From the IMG/VR virus record IMGVR_UViG_3300049491_001102, positions 47,464-111,463 of that record: a stretch of DNA of 64,000 nt; one strand, given 5' to 3'. Position numbers and translations under genes: made by a program. This DNA comes from a virus. Below are positions 40,623-49,062 of the stretch, in pieces. Positions within the stretch are counted from its first letter, which is position 1; each line of letters starts with the position of its first letter. Under the pieces are notes generated by a model. The model was given only the letters and a program-made list of their open reading frames with translations. It was not told the origin of the DNA and made no database searches.

Positions 40623-41101
40623 CGACGAAACCTTTCTGGTAGCCATTTCACATAATCCTCTGTTTGTTTTGGACTTCTCACACTGTCACCGAGCAACCCA
40701 CTTAGTTCGTAGTCCGACCATCCTGGAATTGAACTGAACTTAGATTGTGCCCTATGTATTAAGGTCTCAATGTGTCGGTTGCTATACGACGACATCCGTC
40801 CTATTTGATTGTCCGCAAGAATCATCGATGCCGCTGTTTCTTCGTCGACATCTGCGAAAATGCACGCGATCGTATCATACGACGCCCGTTGCATCGCCAC
40901 GAACAGACCCGTACCCAGAATGATCACTCGGGTTGAAGTTCGCGCAACAACTGGTCGGTACTGCCCAAACATAGAAATCGAAGCTTGCAGGGCCGCGATT
41001 GACCGGTTGGTGTGTAAAACTGGGGTATTTTCATTGATCCGCAGGCTTGCGACGGGCACCCCCAGCCCGCGAAGTGCCGCCAGGATGTGCAGGTCCCCCA
41101 C
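40619..41101 (-). CDS. ParB/Srx-like N-terminal domain protein
   Basis: VPVASLR...SISMFGQYRPVV...IILGTG...MILADNQIG; start uncertain because the upstream part is a terminator. Confidence 0.75.
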   Translation of the reverse strand: MGDLHILAALRGLGVPVASLRINENTPVLHTNRSIAALQASISMFGQYRPVVARTSTRVIILGTGLFVAMQRASYDTIACIFADVDEETAASMILADNQIGRMSSYSNRHIETLIHRAQSKFSSIPGWSDYELSGLLGDSVRSPKQTEDYVKWLPERFRR

Positions 41102-41149
41102 GCCAAAAACGTACAGTTTCTGGACACTTTCCGCAAGCCTGGCGGCAAT

Positions 41150-41174
41150 AAAAAAGGCACCAATTGGTGCCTTT
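41150..41174 (-). terminator. Rho-independent terminator
   Basis: AAAGGCAC-CAATTG-GTGCCTTT hairpin with a T run on the minus strand. Confidence 0.75.
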
Positions 41175-41196
41175 ACCGCTTGCAAACGGTATGTCT

Positions 41197-41658
41197 TTAA
41201 CCTTGATTAAAGATGCGCCAAACAGTTCCTACTAGCCGGAACAAAGCATAACCTCGCCCATTACTCGTACCACCGATGGTGGTGGACGCCCCGGCGGCTC
41301 CAACCTCAGCAAACCCAGAATACGCTTCAATAGTCGTTCCTGCACCAGCTGTGATTGTAAGCAAGTTTGCACTATCTGCAATGTTCTTAAACATGATTAC
41401 ATCACCGCTAGTGGCTGTAGGAAGGGTTACCCCGATCGCACCGCCAGTAGTGTCCACGATGTAGGTATTCCCCACCGCGGGTGTGAACGTAGCCGTGTGA
41501 GCAGTCGCCGACTCCAACGGGGGGCCGCCGAGGGCGGCAAGGCCAACCAACTCGGTGCGGAGGTCATTGAGAATCGATGCGAGCGCAGCCGCGTCCTTTT
41601 CAGTCAGATGCGCGCCGCCAGAGAAATAGTCGGATTTGAGCGGGAATGAAGTTGCCAT
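41197..41658 (-). CDS. Putative virion structural/fibre-like protein
   Basis: YIVDTTGGAIGVTLP...GDVI pattern common in phage fibre domains. Confidence 0.55.
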   Translation of the reverse strand: MATSFPLKSDYFSGGAHLTEKDAAALASILNDLRTELVGLAALGGPPLESATAHTATFTPAVGNTYIVDTTGGAIGVTLPTATSGDVIMFKNIADSANLLTITAGAGTTIEAYSGFAEVGAAGASTTIGGTSNGRGYALFRLVGTVWRIFNQG

Positions 41659-41680
41659 GGTGTACCTAACGGATCTCGGG

Positions 41681-42298
41681 TTAACGACTCAAAGTTAGCG
41701 CCTGCTCGGGAGTATACCCGCGACGTCGGCGGCCTTCATACGTTGAACGAGGTATTTGTAACACGCGAAGCCAATAACTTGTAGCGCGAGTTTCACCGTT
41801 CAATGTGATCAATCTTGTTGTCCTTCTGTTTTCAGCTTGCTGTTGCTTCGTGGCCCAGCGACAGTTTGTAGGAGAATAATTCCCATTATTGTCTACTCTT
41901 TCAATAGAATAGCCAGTATCTGGTTTTCTTCCCATATCTGCTAAAAAATTTGAGTAAACGAGCCAGGACTCACAGATTTTTATTCCTCGCCCTCCGTACC
42001 GCGGATAATCTCTAGATGAAGGGTTATTACACCTGTCAAGTATATGCGACCACGATCGGTATTCACTCGTATGTTTACCCTTGCGGCTATCCCCGTGGGT
42101 TAACAACTTATTCCCACAAAGTTCACTGTGTTTGCATCCACAGCTTCTTGTGTTCCCCGTTGTTAAACTAGACCTTCTGATATTCAGTACACGACCGCAA
42201 GCACAAACACACTTGCAAGCCTTACGACCGTCATTGCTTGGCGCTTCATTTTCAAGAACCGTGAAAAACCCAAAAGTTTGCCCGACCAAATCACGCAT
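41681..42298 (-). CDS. Free-standing HNH homing endonuclease
   Basis: CVCACG...SCGC...RC.NP...YGGRGI...SIERVDNNGNYSPTNCRWAT. Confidence 0.9.
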   Translation of the reverse strand: MRDLVGQTFGFFTVLENEAPSNDGRKACKCVCACGRVLNIRRSSLTTGNTRSCGCKHSELCGNKLLTHGDSRKGKHTSEYRSWSHILDRCNNPSSRDYPRYGGRGIKICESWLVYSNFLADMGRKPDTGYSIERVDNNGNYSPTNCRWATKQQQAENRRTTRLITLNGETRATSYWLRVLQIPRSTYEGRRRRGYTPEQALTLSR

Positions 42299-42304
42299 AC
42301 GATG

Positions 42305-42332
42305 AGGTTACTGTCCTATGGCTTTTTGTCAA
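42305..42332 (-). promoter_or_regulatory. Sigma70-like promoter for the HNH gene
   Basis: TTGACA-16 nt-TAACCT, 6 nt before the ATG. Confidence 0.6.
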
Positions 42333-42334
42333 GG

Positions 42335-44932
42335 TCAGATGATAGTCAACCGACTTGGCTGTCTGCTCTTGGCCCGTTCTAACCTTGAGGCACCAAGTTG
42401 TGCCAACCATAGAGCGATTAGCCGGTCACCAGTGTGCTGGCGTCCTTCTGGAGAATAAGCCAACATTTCATCAATCAACTCAGCTACTGAGTCTTGGTGC
42501 GGCTTTAATCCTTTAGAAGGAATAATCCATTTCTTATTTGCAAACTCAGCGGCCAAGACTTCAATGCCTGTGAGTGGGTCTGCTTTCCCATTTCCAGTCG
42601 TGTACGGATAGACTGGTATTGCGGTATGCCCTTGCAAAAGCTGAACAATGTAGTCTTGACCGCCATTGTTCTCGACCATGAACAATCCACCGTACCGAGA
42701 GTGTACGTCGCGGATGTTCTTTACTATGTCATCTACTTGCCACAAACCGCCCTGAATGTTTAATAGGAACCGCTTGAAGGTTTTCCTATTAACTGCGACA
42801 GTTGCAAGTTGTGTTGTGTCTGTTGCTTTTCCTGTTGAAAGGTCAACACCGGTGATGACATCGTACCCTAGCTGTGGTGAATACTCTGCCCCTGTTATAG
42901 CTATACGAACTAATTCCGCAAGCTCCTCCATGGGCATGTCTTCGCAATCCCAGCCCATGAACTCCACCATTGAGCTGCAGTACGGAACGAAGTCGCCGGA
43001 ACGCAATGCTGTGTCAATCCAGGATTGGCGGAATGATGACATAGAGTCATCACGAACCGTGCAGTAAAGCTGCCGAGCACATTCGTACGGGTGCTGTGCA
43101 TCCAAGTCCGCTTTTTTCGTGGCGATGCGGGCTTCGGTGTAAACCTCTGGCCAACTAAGATCACCGACTCTTCGACCCCACCCGCCGCGACTTACCGGCT
43201 TTCGAATCTCGGGGAACGTCGCGATCATCTCTTTGGTGATCTTCACGGGGAAGCGATACGTGGGCCAACCGCCTCGTTCGAGGCGGTGGTAAAGGTCGTC
43301 ATTGTGCCAAGCATTGCCGAGGAAGTAGACCCACGCCTCTTCGGTAAGCCGCGAGATCAACTCCTGGTGAAACCACTCGTCCGCCTCGTCGCGCTTCTTC
43401 TTGGTGTTGGTGTTCACCGAGTCCAGAAAGTCGTCGAGAATGATGCCGTCCAGGCGCGCGCCCGAAACCGCCTTGCGGAACCCCACCGCTTGAACGGAGG
43501 GCTCCACAATCTCGCCGTCACGCTCCACGGAGAATCCAAATTTCTCTGACCACAAGTTCCCTGGGCGCAAACCGGGAAACACCGCTGGCACATCTTGGGA
43601 CCGGGCAATGTAGCCCATTTGCGTGCGCACGATCTTCACGGCCTGCTCGTGCGTTTTACTCACGATGGCCATGCGCATTCGTGGGTTCTTTCCCAACTCG
43701 TGGAGAGGAACCCCTACGGAAAACTGCTGCGTGTTGTGGGTAACCACGTAGTTTCGGCCCGCCAAATACGAATGCGTGGGCGCGTCAACGGTGATGCAGC
43801 GAACTGACGTTGGTTCCGCAGCGGTAATTCGCGTGATAACCCGAACTTCCGGACCAATAGGTTCGAAGTCTTTGCGGAATAGGTTTTTCTTCGCCTTACA
43901 TTGGAATGGGTTTTTCTCAACTTTATAAGACAAAACGCATTTTCCAGCGAAACGTCCTTCATTCGGTTGTGTCATCACAACAAGATGACCCAACGATCGA
44001 ATGAGCTCTAACATTGGCCAGGCTAAATCTGGAGTCAATGGAAGGTGGACTTTATTCACACCCCCCACAAAATCTATTGACCCCATCGAATCGCATAACC
44101 CATTAAGTAGGTCTTCGCGCTGGTCTACACTGGAAATGCAATATCTCTCCGGAACATTCTTGCGCCCGAGTATTCCTAGGTCTCTCAACCTTGTATTTAG
44201 CTTTTCTTTACCGATAGCAGCTACAAACTGTGATTTAATCGTTGAATCAGATATAGATATCTTGCTTACGCTACCATCCAAATCGCAAGCTTTAGAAAGC
44301 ATGTCAGATTGAGATAACGGACATGTGAATACAGCCCCGTCTTTATTGCCACAACCCAACCAAACACCTAAAGTGTACGGATGAATCGGCAAATCAATCG
44401 GGGCATACGCAACCGCACCACCAACTGGGATGGACCATCTACTCGGATCAAATCCTGCGACCAAATCGGCAGTTGTTAACGTTTGAAGCTCGTCGTCAAA
44501 ACCGTCGTGTACCAGCCAACGATGGTCAGCATCTGCTTCAATTTCTGTCCTATCGTGGAATTGAACACGATAGACTAGTTTATCGTGTTCAATTGGGCTC
44601 AGTGCTGTTACATGGCACTGAGCCCCAAACATATCGAATACTACGTCTCCAATATTCAGTTCGCGAAGAATCGTCCAACCTACAGATGTCGGAATCTGCG
44701 TCGTCAGTGGCAACGCTTTGCCGGCCTCAACATGGCCGATGATCACTGCTCGTTTATGTCGCCGCCGAATTTCTGTCCACAGCTCGTGCGCCATCCCTTG
44801 TTGGATTGGCTTACCCGTTCGCTGATCCTTGAGAATGAATTCCGCAAATTCGTTGTAGTCTGTCTGCGCTAGCGCAATCTTGCTTTGGCGAATCCTGGCC
44901 GCTTCCGCAATGATGTCTTCTGCCGAGCTCAC
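42335..44932 (-). CDS. terL: Terminase large subunit, intein-containing
   Basis: Walker A (EAGK|T) split by the intein; Walker B GIILDD; nuclease ITGVDLS, VENNGGQ, HTGD. Confidence 0.92.
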   Translation of the reverse strand: MSSAEDIIAEAARIRQSKIALAQTDYNEFAEFILKDQRTGKPIQQGMAHELWTEIRRRHKRAVIIGHVEAGKALPLTTQIPTSVGWTILRELNIGDVVFDMFGAQCHVTALSPIEHDKLVYRVQFHDRTEIEADADHRWLVHDGFDDELQTLTTADLVAGFDPSRWSIPVGGAVAYAPIDLPIHPYTLGVWLGCGNKDGAVFTCPLSQSDMLSKACDLDGSVSKISISDSTIKSQFVAAIGKEKLNTRLRDLGILGRKNVPERYCISSVDQREDLLNGLCDSMGSIDFVGGVNKVHLPLTPDLAWPMLELIRSLGHLVVMTQPNEGRFAGKCVLSYKVEKNPFQCKAKKNLFRKDFEPIGPEVRVITRITAAEPTSVRCITVDAPTHSYLAGRNYVVTHNTQQFSVGVPLHELGKNPRMRMAIVSKTHEQAVKIVRTQMGYIARSQDVPAVFPGLRPGNLWSEKFGFSVERDGEIVEPSVQAVGFRKAVSGARLDGIILDDFLDSVNTNTKKKRDEADEWFHQELISRLTEEAWVYFLGNAWHNDDLYHRLERGGWPTYRFPVKITKEMIATFPEIRKPVSRGGWGRRVGDLSWPEVYTEARIATKKADLDAQHPYECARQLYCTVRDDSMSSFRQSWIDTALRSGDFVPYCSSMVEFMGWDCEDMPMEELAELVRIAITGAEYSPQLGYDVITGVDLSTGKATDTTQLATVAVNRKTFKRFLLNIQGGLWQVDDIVKNIRDVHSRYGGLFMVENNGGQDYIVQLLQGHTAIPVYPYTTGNGKADPLTGIEVLAAEFANKKWIIPSKGLKPHQDSVAELIDEMLAYSPEGRQHTGDRLIALWLAQLGASRLERAKSRQPSRLTII
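43733..44716 (-). mobile_element. Intein (328 aa), class-3 type, with degenerate LAGLIDADG domain
   Basis: Begins ALPLTTQIPT; block B ADADHRW, block F VRCITVD, block G VVTHN followed by Thr. Confidence 0.9.
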
Positions 44933-44959
44933 CGCAGAACTGTACCATAGTTGGTCAGT

Positions 44960-45199
44960 TCATTCGGCCCACTCGAATACCACGTGCCCTTTATACCGGA
45001 GAACAAGAGGTCCTGCTGTTTCAATCCACACTGCAGGGTCTGCACTCGGGTCGGATATAACTTGAGACGGCCCGTTAATTGAAACGGCATCTCCTAAGCT
45101 AACACGACCATCGTCATCTGTTACGGTAACAGTCGGAAGATGAAGTCCAGACCGTTTGTTGTTCTCAATGGCGGCTCTGAGCACGTGTACTCGAATCAT
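44960..45199 (-). CDS. Conserved phage hypothetical protein
   Basis: IRVHV...INGPSQV...VWIET pattern recalled from phage small proteins. Confidence 0.6.
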   Translation of the reverse strand: MIRVHVLRAAIENNKRSGLHLPTVTVTDDDGRVSLGDAVSINGPSQVISDPSADPAVWIETAGPLVLRYKGHVVFEWAE

Positions 45200-45429
45200 G
45201 TCCTTTGTCCTCGTCGGATCGCCGTGGCCTTTGATTCTAGGTCTCCGGCAATCGTGAGTGAAACTTCTCTAGCGCTTCCACAATCTGGAGAGCACACCGA
45301 CTCCCATTCTCTGGGATGATTATCGTCGGTTACTTTCCACATGTCATTTCCAGCACTGATGACTGAGAAGCATGATTTGCAGAGGCCGAAGCTTTCACAT
45401 GTGAATGGTCCACTAATCTCGATTGCCAT
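45196..45429 (-). CDS. Small Cys-motif protein
   Basis: CKSC...CSPDC; RBS present; ATGA overlap. Confidence 0.55.
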   Translation of the reverse strand: MAIEISGPFTCESFGLCKSCFSVISAGNDMWKVTDDNHPREWESVCSPDCGSAREVSLTIAGDLESKATAIRRGQRT

Positions 45430-45476
45430 GTCTGTATTCCCTCTTAGTCCCGTTCAACATTACACAGACATTACAC

Positions 45477-46385
45477 TTAACTATGTTCTATCGCTGTATC
45501 TGGCTCTTCCAATTCATGGAGATCCGCAATTTCTTTTGCTTCCAAAACGCGCGGTGCAAGCTTGGCCAGGATTGACGCTACCACTTCGGGCGGTGTGGTG
45601 GCCTGCGCCGTCGCGGGTAACCATTGGTCCACAAGAATGCGGCGCAGGTAACCCATTTCCAGACGGTTGAACTTACCACCATACATCGATGGGTGATTGT
45701 CCATAAACGCGGCACATGCCGTGGGTGCTACGGTTTCGGCGAGGGCGAACAATGTGTGAGCGTACTCACGGATCTCTTTGAGTGCAGCTTGGTCTCGTCG
45801 TAACCCACAAAAATGCAAAAAGTTGTGTAGATCAATTTTCCACACAAAATTCGTGTAGAGGTTAACGGGCAAGCAAATCCTTGCTTGTTCGCGCGTCATC
45901 CCATTCGCTAAAGCTTCTTGATACAACTCGTAGGCAAGTTGTGAGAAGGCTAAATACTTCTGCCGATACATCTTGTTCATATCTACAGGAAGTGGGTCAC
46001 CACTTCCTTGTCGATTAACAATCGATTGCACGCGGAACTCGTCTGGAATGAAGAAGTCGTCGGGTAACTCTGAGTAACGGCCGCTCAACTCGTTGATACT
46101 CGCCGTACGGTGTCGAAACCACTCCCGAACGACGAAAAGTGGTGCAGACACGAAGAACTTCAACTCTACCATCTCAAACGGGGATGTGTGCCGATCCTCG
46201 TACAAGCGCCGCGTCAACCTCTCATCTGATGATTTCTTGGTTGTTCCTTTCTGGTACGACCTCCGGGCATCCCCGGCTACCGTTGCATCGTTGCCCATGT
46301 AATCGACGAGAGCAACAAAACCCTTGTCTAATACTCTGTACCGTCTATTTAGAATTTTCTCGGCTGCTGGTGCTTCTGGTCTCAT
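45477..46385 (-). CDS. thyX: FAD-dependent thymidylate synthase
   Basis: HTSPFE, RHRTASINELSGRY signature, REQARICLP; start placed at ATG 46385. Confidence 0.95.
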   Translation of the reverse strand: MRPEAPAAEKILNRRYRVLDKGFVALVDYMGNDATVAGDARRSYQKGTTKKSSDERLTRRLYEDRHTSPFEMVELKFFVSAPLFVVREWFRHRTASINELSGRYSELPDDFFIPDEFRVQSIVNRQGSGDPLPVDMNKMYRQKYLAFSQLAYELYQEALANGMTREQARICLPVNLYTNFVWKIDLHNFLHFCGLRRDQAALKEIREYAHTLFALAETVAPTACAAFMDNHPSMYGGKFNRLEMGYLRRILVDQWLPATAQATTPPEVVASILAKLAPRVLEAKEIADLHELEEPDTAIEHS

Positions 46386-46575
46386 AACATGCCTTACAAA
46401 TAGCTTTATGCTCGTAGTCTGTGTGGTGGAAGTAAAAATCAACAAACTCGTCTGCACCACATACTTCGCATTTCCGCATCCCATACAGTTTTGCCACAAC
46501 TGCAGGAATTGGAACCGGACCAGCTAGAATAACTGGCCGCGCAAAGTACATAGTTGACGAAGAGGTTCGGCACAT
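46345..46575 (-). CDS. Small zinc-ribbon protein
   Basis: CEVC...CKAC. Confidence 0.45.
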   Translation of the reverse strand: MCRTSSSTMYFARPVILAGPVPIPAVVAKLYGMRKCEVCGADEFVDFYFHHTDYEHKAICKACYETRSTSSRENSK

Positions 46576-46584
46576 GCGCCCAAG

Positions 46585-47046
46585 TTAGCCGCGGCGCAAA
46601 CGAAGGTCAAAAGAGGAAGAATCCGTAATGTACCGGTAGACCCAAGGTTTGGCGCTAATGATTGTCGCTTGCACTGGGTCGAGACCGCCGGAAGTTACAC
46701 GCAAACAACTCCATTGTTGCGTGTCCATTTCAGTGACATACCCAGACACTCGGCGACTCCAAACGGCGATTGTCGTGCCTTCATCGATGAAGGCGCTCAA
46801 ACAACACTTTCTGTGGTATACGCCGGGTGGCCCCCACTGACCTTCGTATTTGACACAGAGAGTCAGTGGGACGAGTTGGTGTGCGACTAGATCAATCGTG
46901 TACGATATCTCTTCGTAACCATTTCCTAGTGCATTAAGTGTTCTCAGGCGTATTGGGAGAACAATACCGATGTTCGTCGCCTGAAGTTTGATCCCTGGGA
47001 ATGTCCGAACTTGGCGCTTTTTTGTCGATGGCATCAATCTTATCAA
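46585..47046 (-). CDS. Hypothetical protein
   Basis: ORF in the minus-strand run. Confidence 0.45.
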   Translation of the reverse strand: MIRLMPSTKKRQVRTFPGIKLQATNIGIVLPIRLRTLNALGNGYEEISYTIDLVAHQLVPLTLCVKYEGQWGPPGVYHRKCCLSAFIDEGTTIAVWSRRVSGYVTEMDTQQWSCLRVTSGGLDPVQATIISAKPWVYRYITDSSSFDLRLRRG

Positions 47047-47197
47047 TCCAAGTGATTAAACTTGCCTCAAAATTGCACAGTTCACGAACACGCCCTTCTT
47101 GTTGTTCTATTAAAGCATTCCCCGCTGTTATGGCCGTGCGGGTTTGGGCGAGGACTGAGTTAAGATGATCCAGTGTGATTGTTTTTGGGTCAAACAT
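46934..47197 (-). CDS. Hypothetical coiled-coil protein
   Basis: TAATG overlap with the upstream ORF. Confidence 0.5.
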   Translation of the reverse strand: MFDPKTITLDHLNSVLAQTRTAITAGNALIEQQEGRVRELCNFEASLITWIDKIDAIDKKAPSSDIPRDQTSGDEHRYCSPNTPENT

Positions 47198-47403
47198 TAT
47201 GCACGTACTTCTTTCGGATAACGGCCAAAATCGATAGGTTCTGAAGTTGTGGTCAATATCTTCCCGTTACGATTGACCCGGATGTTCGTCAACGTAATGG
47301 GGTTTTCGACGATAAACATCGTCTTAGTAGCCCTGATTATCCTGTAGAAAACACCAGAACTATCAACGAGAAACTTTGCACCCTCCGTGGGTCCACGACT
47401 CAT
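47197..47403 (-). CDS. Hypothetical protein
   Basis: 68 aa, operon packing. Confidence 0.5.
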   Translation of the reverse strand: MSRGPTEGAKFLVDSSGVFYRIIRATKTMFIVENPITLTNIRVNRNGKILTTTSEPIDFGRYPKEVRA

Positions 47404-47650
47404 TTAGTGCTTCCCGCAAACCTTCTCGTATCAAACGACTCTTTTTTGACGTGTCAACTAAGGCCACTGACAATCGAGCACCAATAGCACAATGCACACT
47501 ATTGTTGCACCAAAACATACATTGGTCATATGTTTCTTTCTGAAAATTCGCAATGCAAATACGTTTTGGTCTTTTGCATTGCTCATAATTCTCGTCTGGG
47601 TTGCCCTTAGTTAGCAAGACAATAAACGATAGTAACCGAATAAAACCCAC
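47363..47650 (-). CDS. Hypothetical Cys-rich protein with hydrophobic N-terminus
   Basis: 95 aa, abuts the acidic protein gene. Confidence 0.4.
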   Translation of the reverse strand: MGFIRLLSFIVLLTKGNPDENYEQCKRPKRICIANFQKETYDQCMFWCNNSVHCAIGARLSVALVDTSKKSRLIREGLREALNESWTHGGCKVSR

Positions 47651-47922
47651 TATTCGCTGTCCTCTTCTCCTTCTTCGTCCTCGTCTTCGTCATCGTCATC
47701 GTCATCGTCTTCGTCGTCTCCTTCATCTTCAGCGTCCCCTTCCTCCTCGTCCTCCTCGCCTTCTTCTTCTCCTTCTTCTTCTCCTTCTTCTTCTCCTTCT
47801 TCGTCCTCATCCTCGTCCGCTGCCTCCGCGACCACTTCTCCCGTTGTTTCGGCGAGGTCCCCATTGCTGGTGACTGGGCTAGTAGATGCGTTATCGATTT
47901 TGTTTGATGTAGAGATGTGCAT
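47650..47922 (-). CDS. Extremely acidic low-complexity protein
   Basis: C-terminal ~55 aa almost entirely Asp/Glu; GAGGA RBS and promoter motif upstream. Confidence 0.6.
   Translation of the reverse strand: MHISTSNKIDNASTSPVTSNGDLAETTGEVVAEAADEDEDEEGEEEGEEEGEEEGEEDEEEGDAEDEGDDEDDDDDDDEDEDEEGEEDSE
47759..47802. repeat. 12-bp tandem repeat (CCTTCTTCTTCT x3+) encoding EEEG
   Basis: Directly visible. Confidence 0.85.
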
Positions 47923-47957
47923 GGTTCGTTCCTCTGGATCAGTGCGTGTGTACCTAT

Positions 47958-47982
47958 TTTATAGTGTTAGAACAAAAAAGTT
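47958..47982 (-). promoter_or_regulatory. Phage promoter motif copy 1
   Basis: AACTTT-N11-ACTATAAA. Confidence 0.6.
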
Positions 47983-48029
47983 CTCGAAAATTAAAGCGTG
48001 AATAACGCAAACCCTCGGCTACAACACCA

Positions 48030-48054
48030 AACTTTTATCGCTAAACGCTATAAT
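48030..48054 (+). promoter_or_regulatory. Phage promoter motif copy 2
   Basis: AACTTT-N11-GCTATAAT, 8 nt before ATG 48063. Confidence 0.7.
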
Positions 48055-48062
48055 AGGGAAAG

Positions 48063-48650
48063 ATGGAGAGCACAAGGACAATAAAGGTCGTTGAGCACCG
48101 TGTCGTTAAAAGGCAAGGATACCGCCCAAAATCGACAATAACGCGATCGTACGCAGTTGATCCTGACACGGGAATGACGACCCCATTAGGGGCAGACCCT
48201 ACCCGCGAACTCAACGGCCTGGGTGTGGGGACTACTTCATGTTCCACTGCCAAAATTGTTCCACCTGGAACGATAATTCTGCAGGAGAAGTTTACAGGGG
48301 AGCTACAGCGCCCACAACGTGTAGATTACAGCTTACACGTTTCTGATGGCAGTACGTTCCGGTTTATTGATTACCCAGATGAGTGCGACCCATCCAGTTT
48401 ACATGTGGTACATCAAGGATTGCACCTATATTTCACGGTCGGACCATGCACGGCTGATGTCCGAATCAAGCGCATGGCGAAGAAAAACGGGTTCACTGTG
48501 TTTGTGGACCATACTATTGGAAGCGAATACGAGCACATCTACGGAGACGACAATGACGACACCAAAAGAGAAGCCACAACCCTCGCAAGAATCCTCGCCG
48601 CCAGAGGTGGGTCTATTGTGCGTTCACTTAGCTGGGAAGACACCGAATGA
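48063..48650 (+). CDS. Hypothetical protein
   Basis: 195 aa behind a TATAAT-containing motif; plus-strand island. Confidence 0.6.
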   Translation: MESTRTIKVVEHRVVKRQGYRPKSTITRSYAVDPDTGMTTPLGADPTRELNGLGVGTTSCSTAKIVPPGTIILQEKFTGELQRPQRVDYSLHVSDGSTFRFIDYPDECDPSSLHVVHQGLHLYFTVGPCTADVRIKRMAKKNGFTVFVDHTIGSEYEHIYGDDNDDTKREATTLARILAARGGSIVRSLSWEDTE

Positions 48651-49062
48651 GCTTGTTCGTGAAGCTGTCGCACCACCATCCCCACTGCTCGTGGAAAAGG
48701 TCATCGACATGTTGGAATACGTGAAAGACACAGGGTTCCAACACTGGAATCAAGCGGTAATGTTTGCCCGACATGGAACCATCCGTGTCATTTGGAGTTT
48801 GCCGGGCCGGCATGTCTCCTTCGCTACTGCCATCATCGACGGTGAAGTCGTCGTACATGCTGACTTTACCATCGCCGGTCTGACGCTTCCTATTCGTGGT
48901 GACGTTGGCGAGAAGATCTCCAAACTCTGCAAACTGTTTATCTTCGAGGGTGAATCTCCGAAGACACAGTTGGAAGTTATGGCAGAAGTGACGAAGATTA
49001 CAGGTTACAAGTTTGACATTCGAACCGCTAGTCCGACTCCTGCAGGTCGTCACTCCCACTAG
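48616..49062 (+). CDS. Hypothetical protein
   Basis: Probable TTG start 7 nt after GAGGT. Confidence 0.5.
   Translation: MCVHLAGKTPNELVREAVAPPSPLLVEKVIDMLEYVKDTGFQHWNQAVMFARHGTIRVIWSLPGRHVSFATAIIDGEVVVHADFTIAGLTLPIRGDVGEKISKLCKLFIFEGESPKTQLEVMAEVTKITGYKFDIRTASPTPAGRHSH

Noticed and set aside
284-45065. Numerous plus-strand ORFs of 60-230 aa opposite structural genes
   Set aside because: They are antisense shadows of GC-rich coding blocks with no recognisable motifs or start signals.
44960-45429. Terminase small subunit upstream of terL
   Set aside because: Neither small ORF shows HTH or helical TerS features; TerS could not be identified in this window.
47601-47873. Plus-strand Leu/Arg/Pro-rich ORF and minus-strand Lys-rich alternative frame
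   Set aside because: Both are by-products of the low-complexity acidic tract; only 47650..47922 has an RBS and promoter motif.
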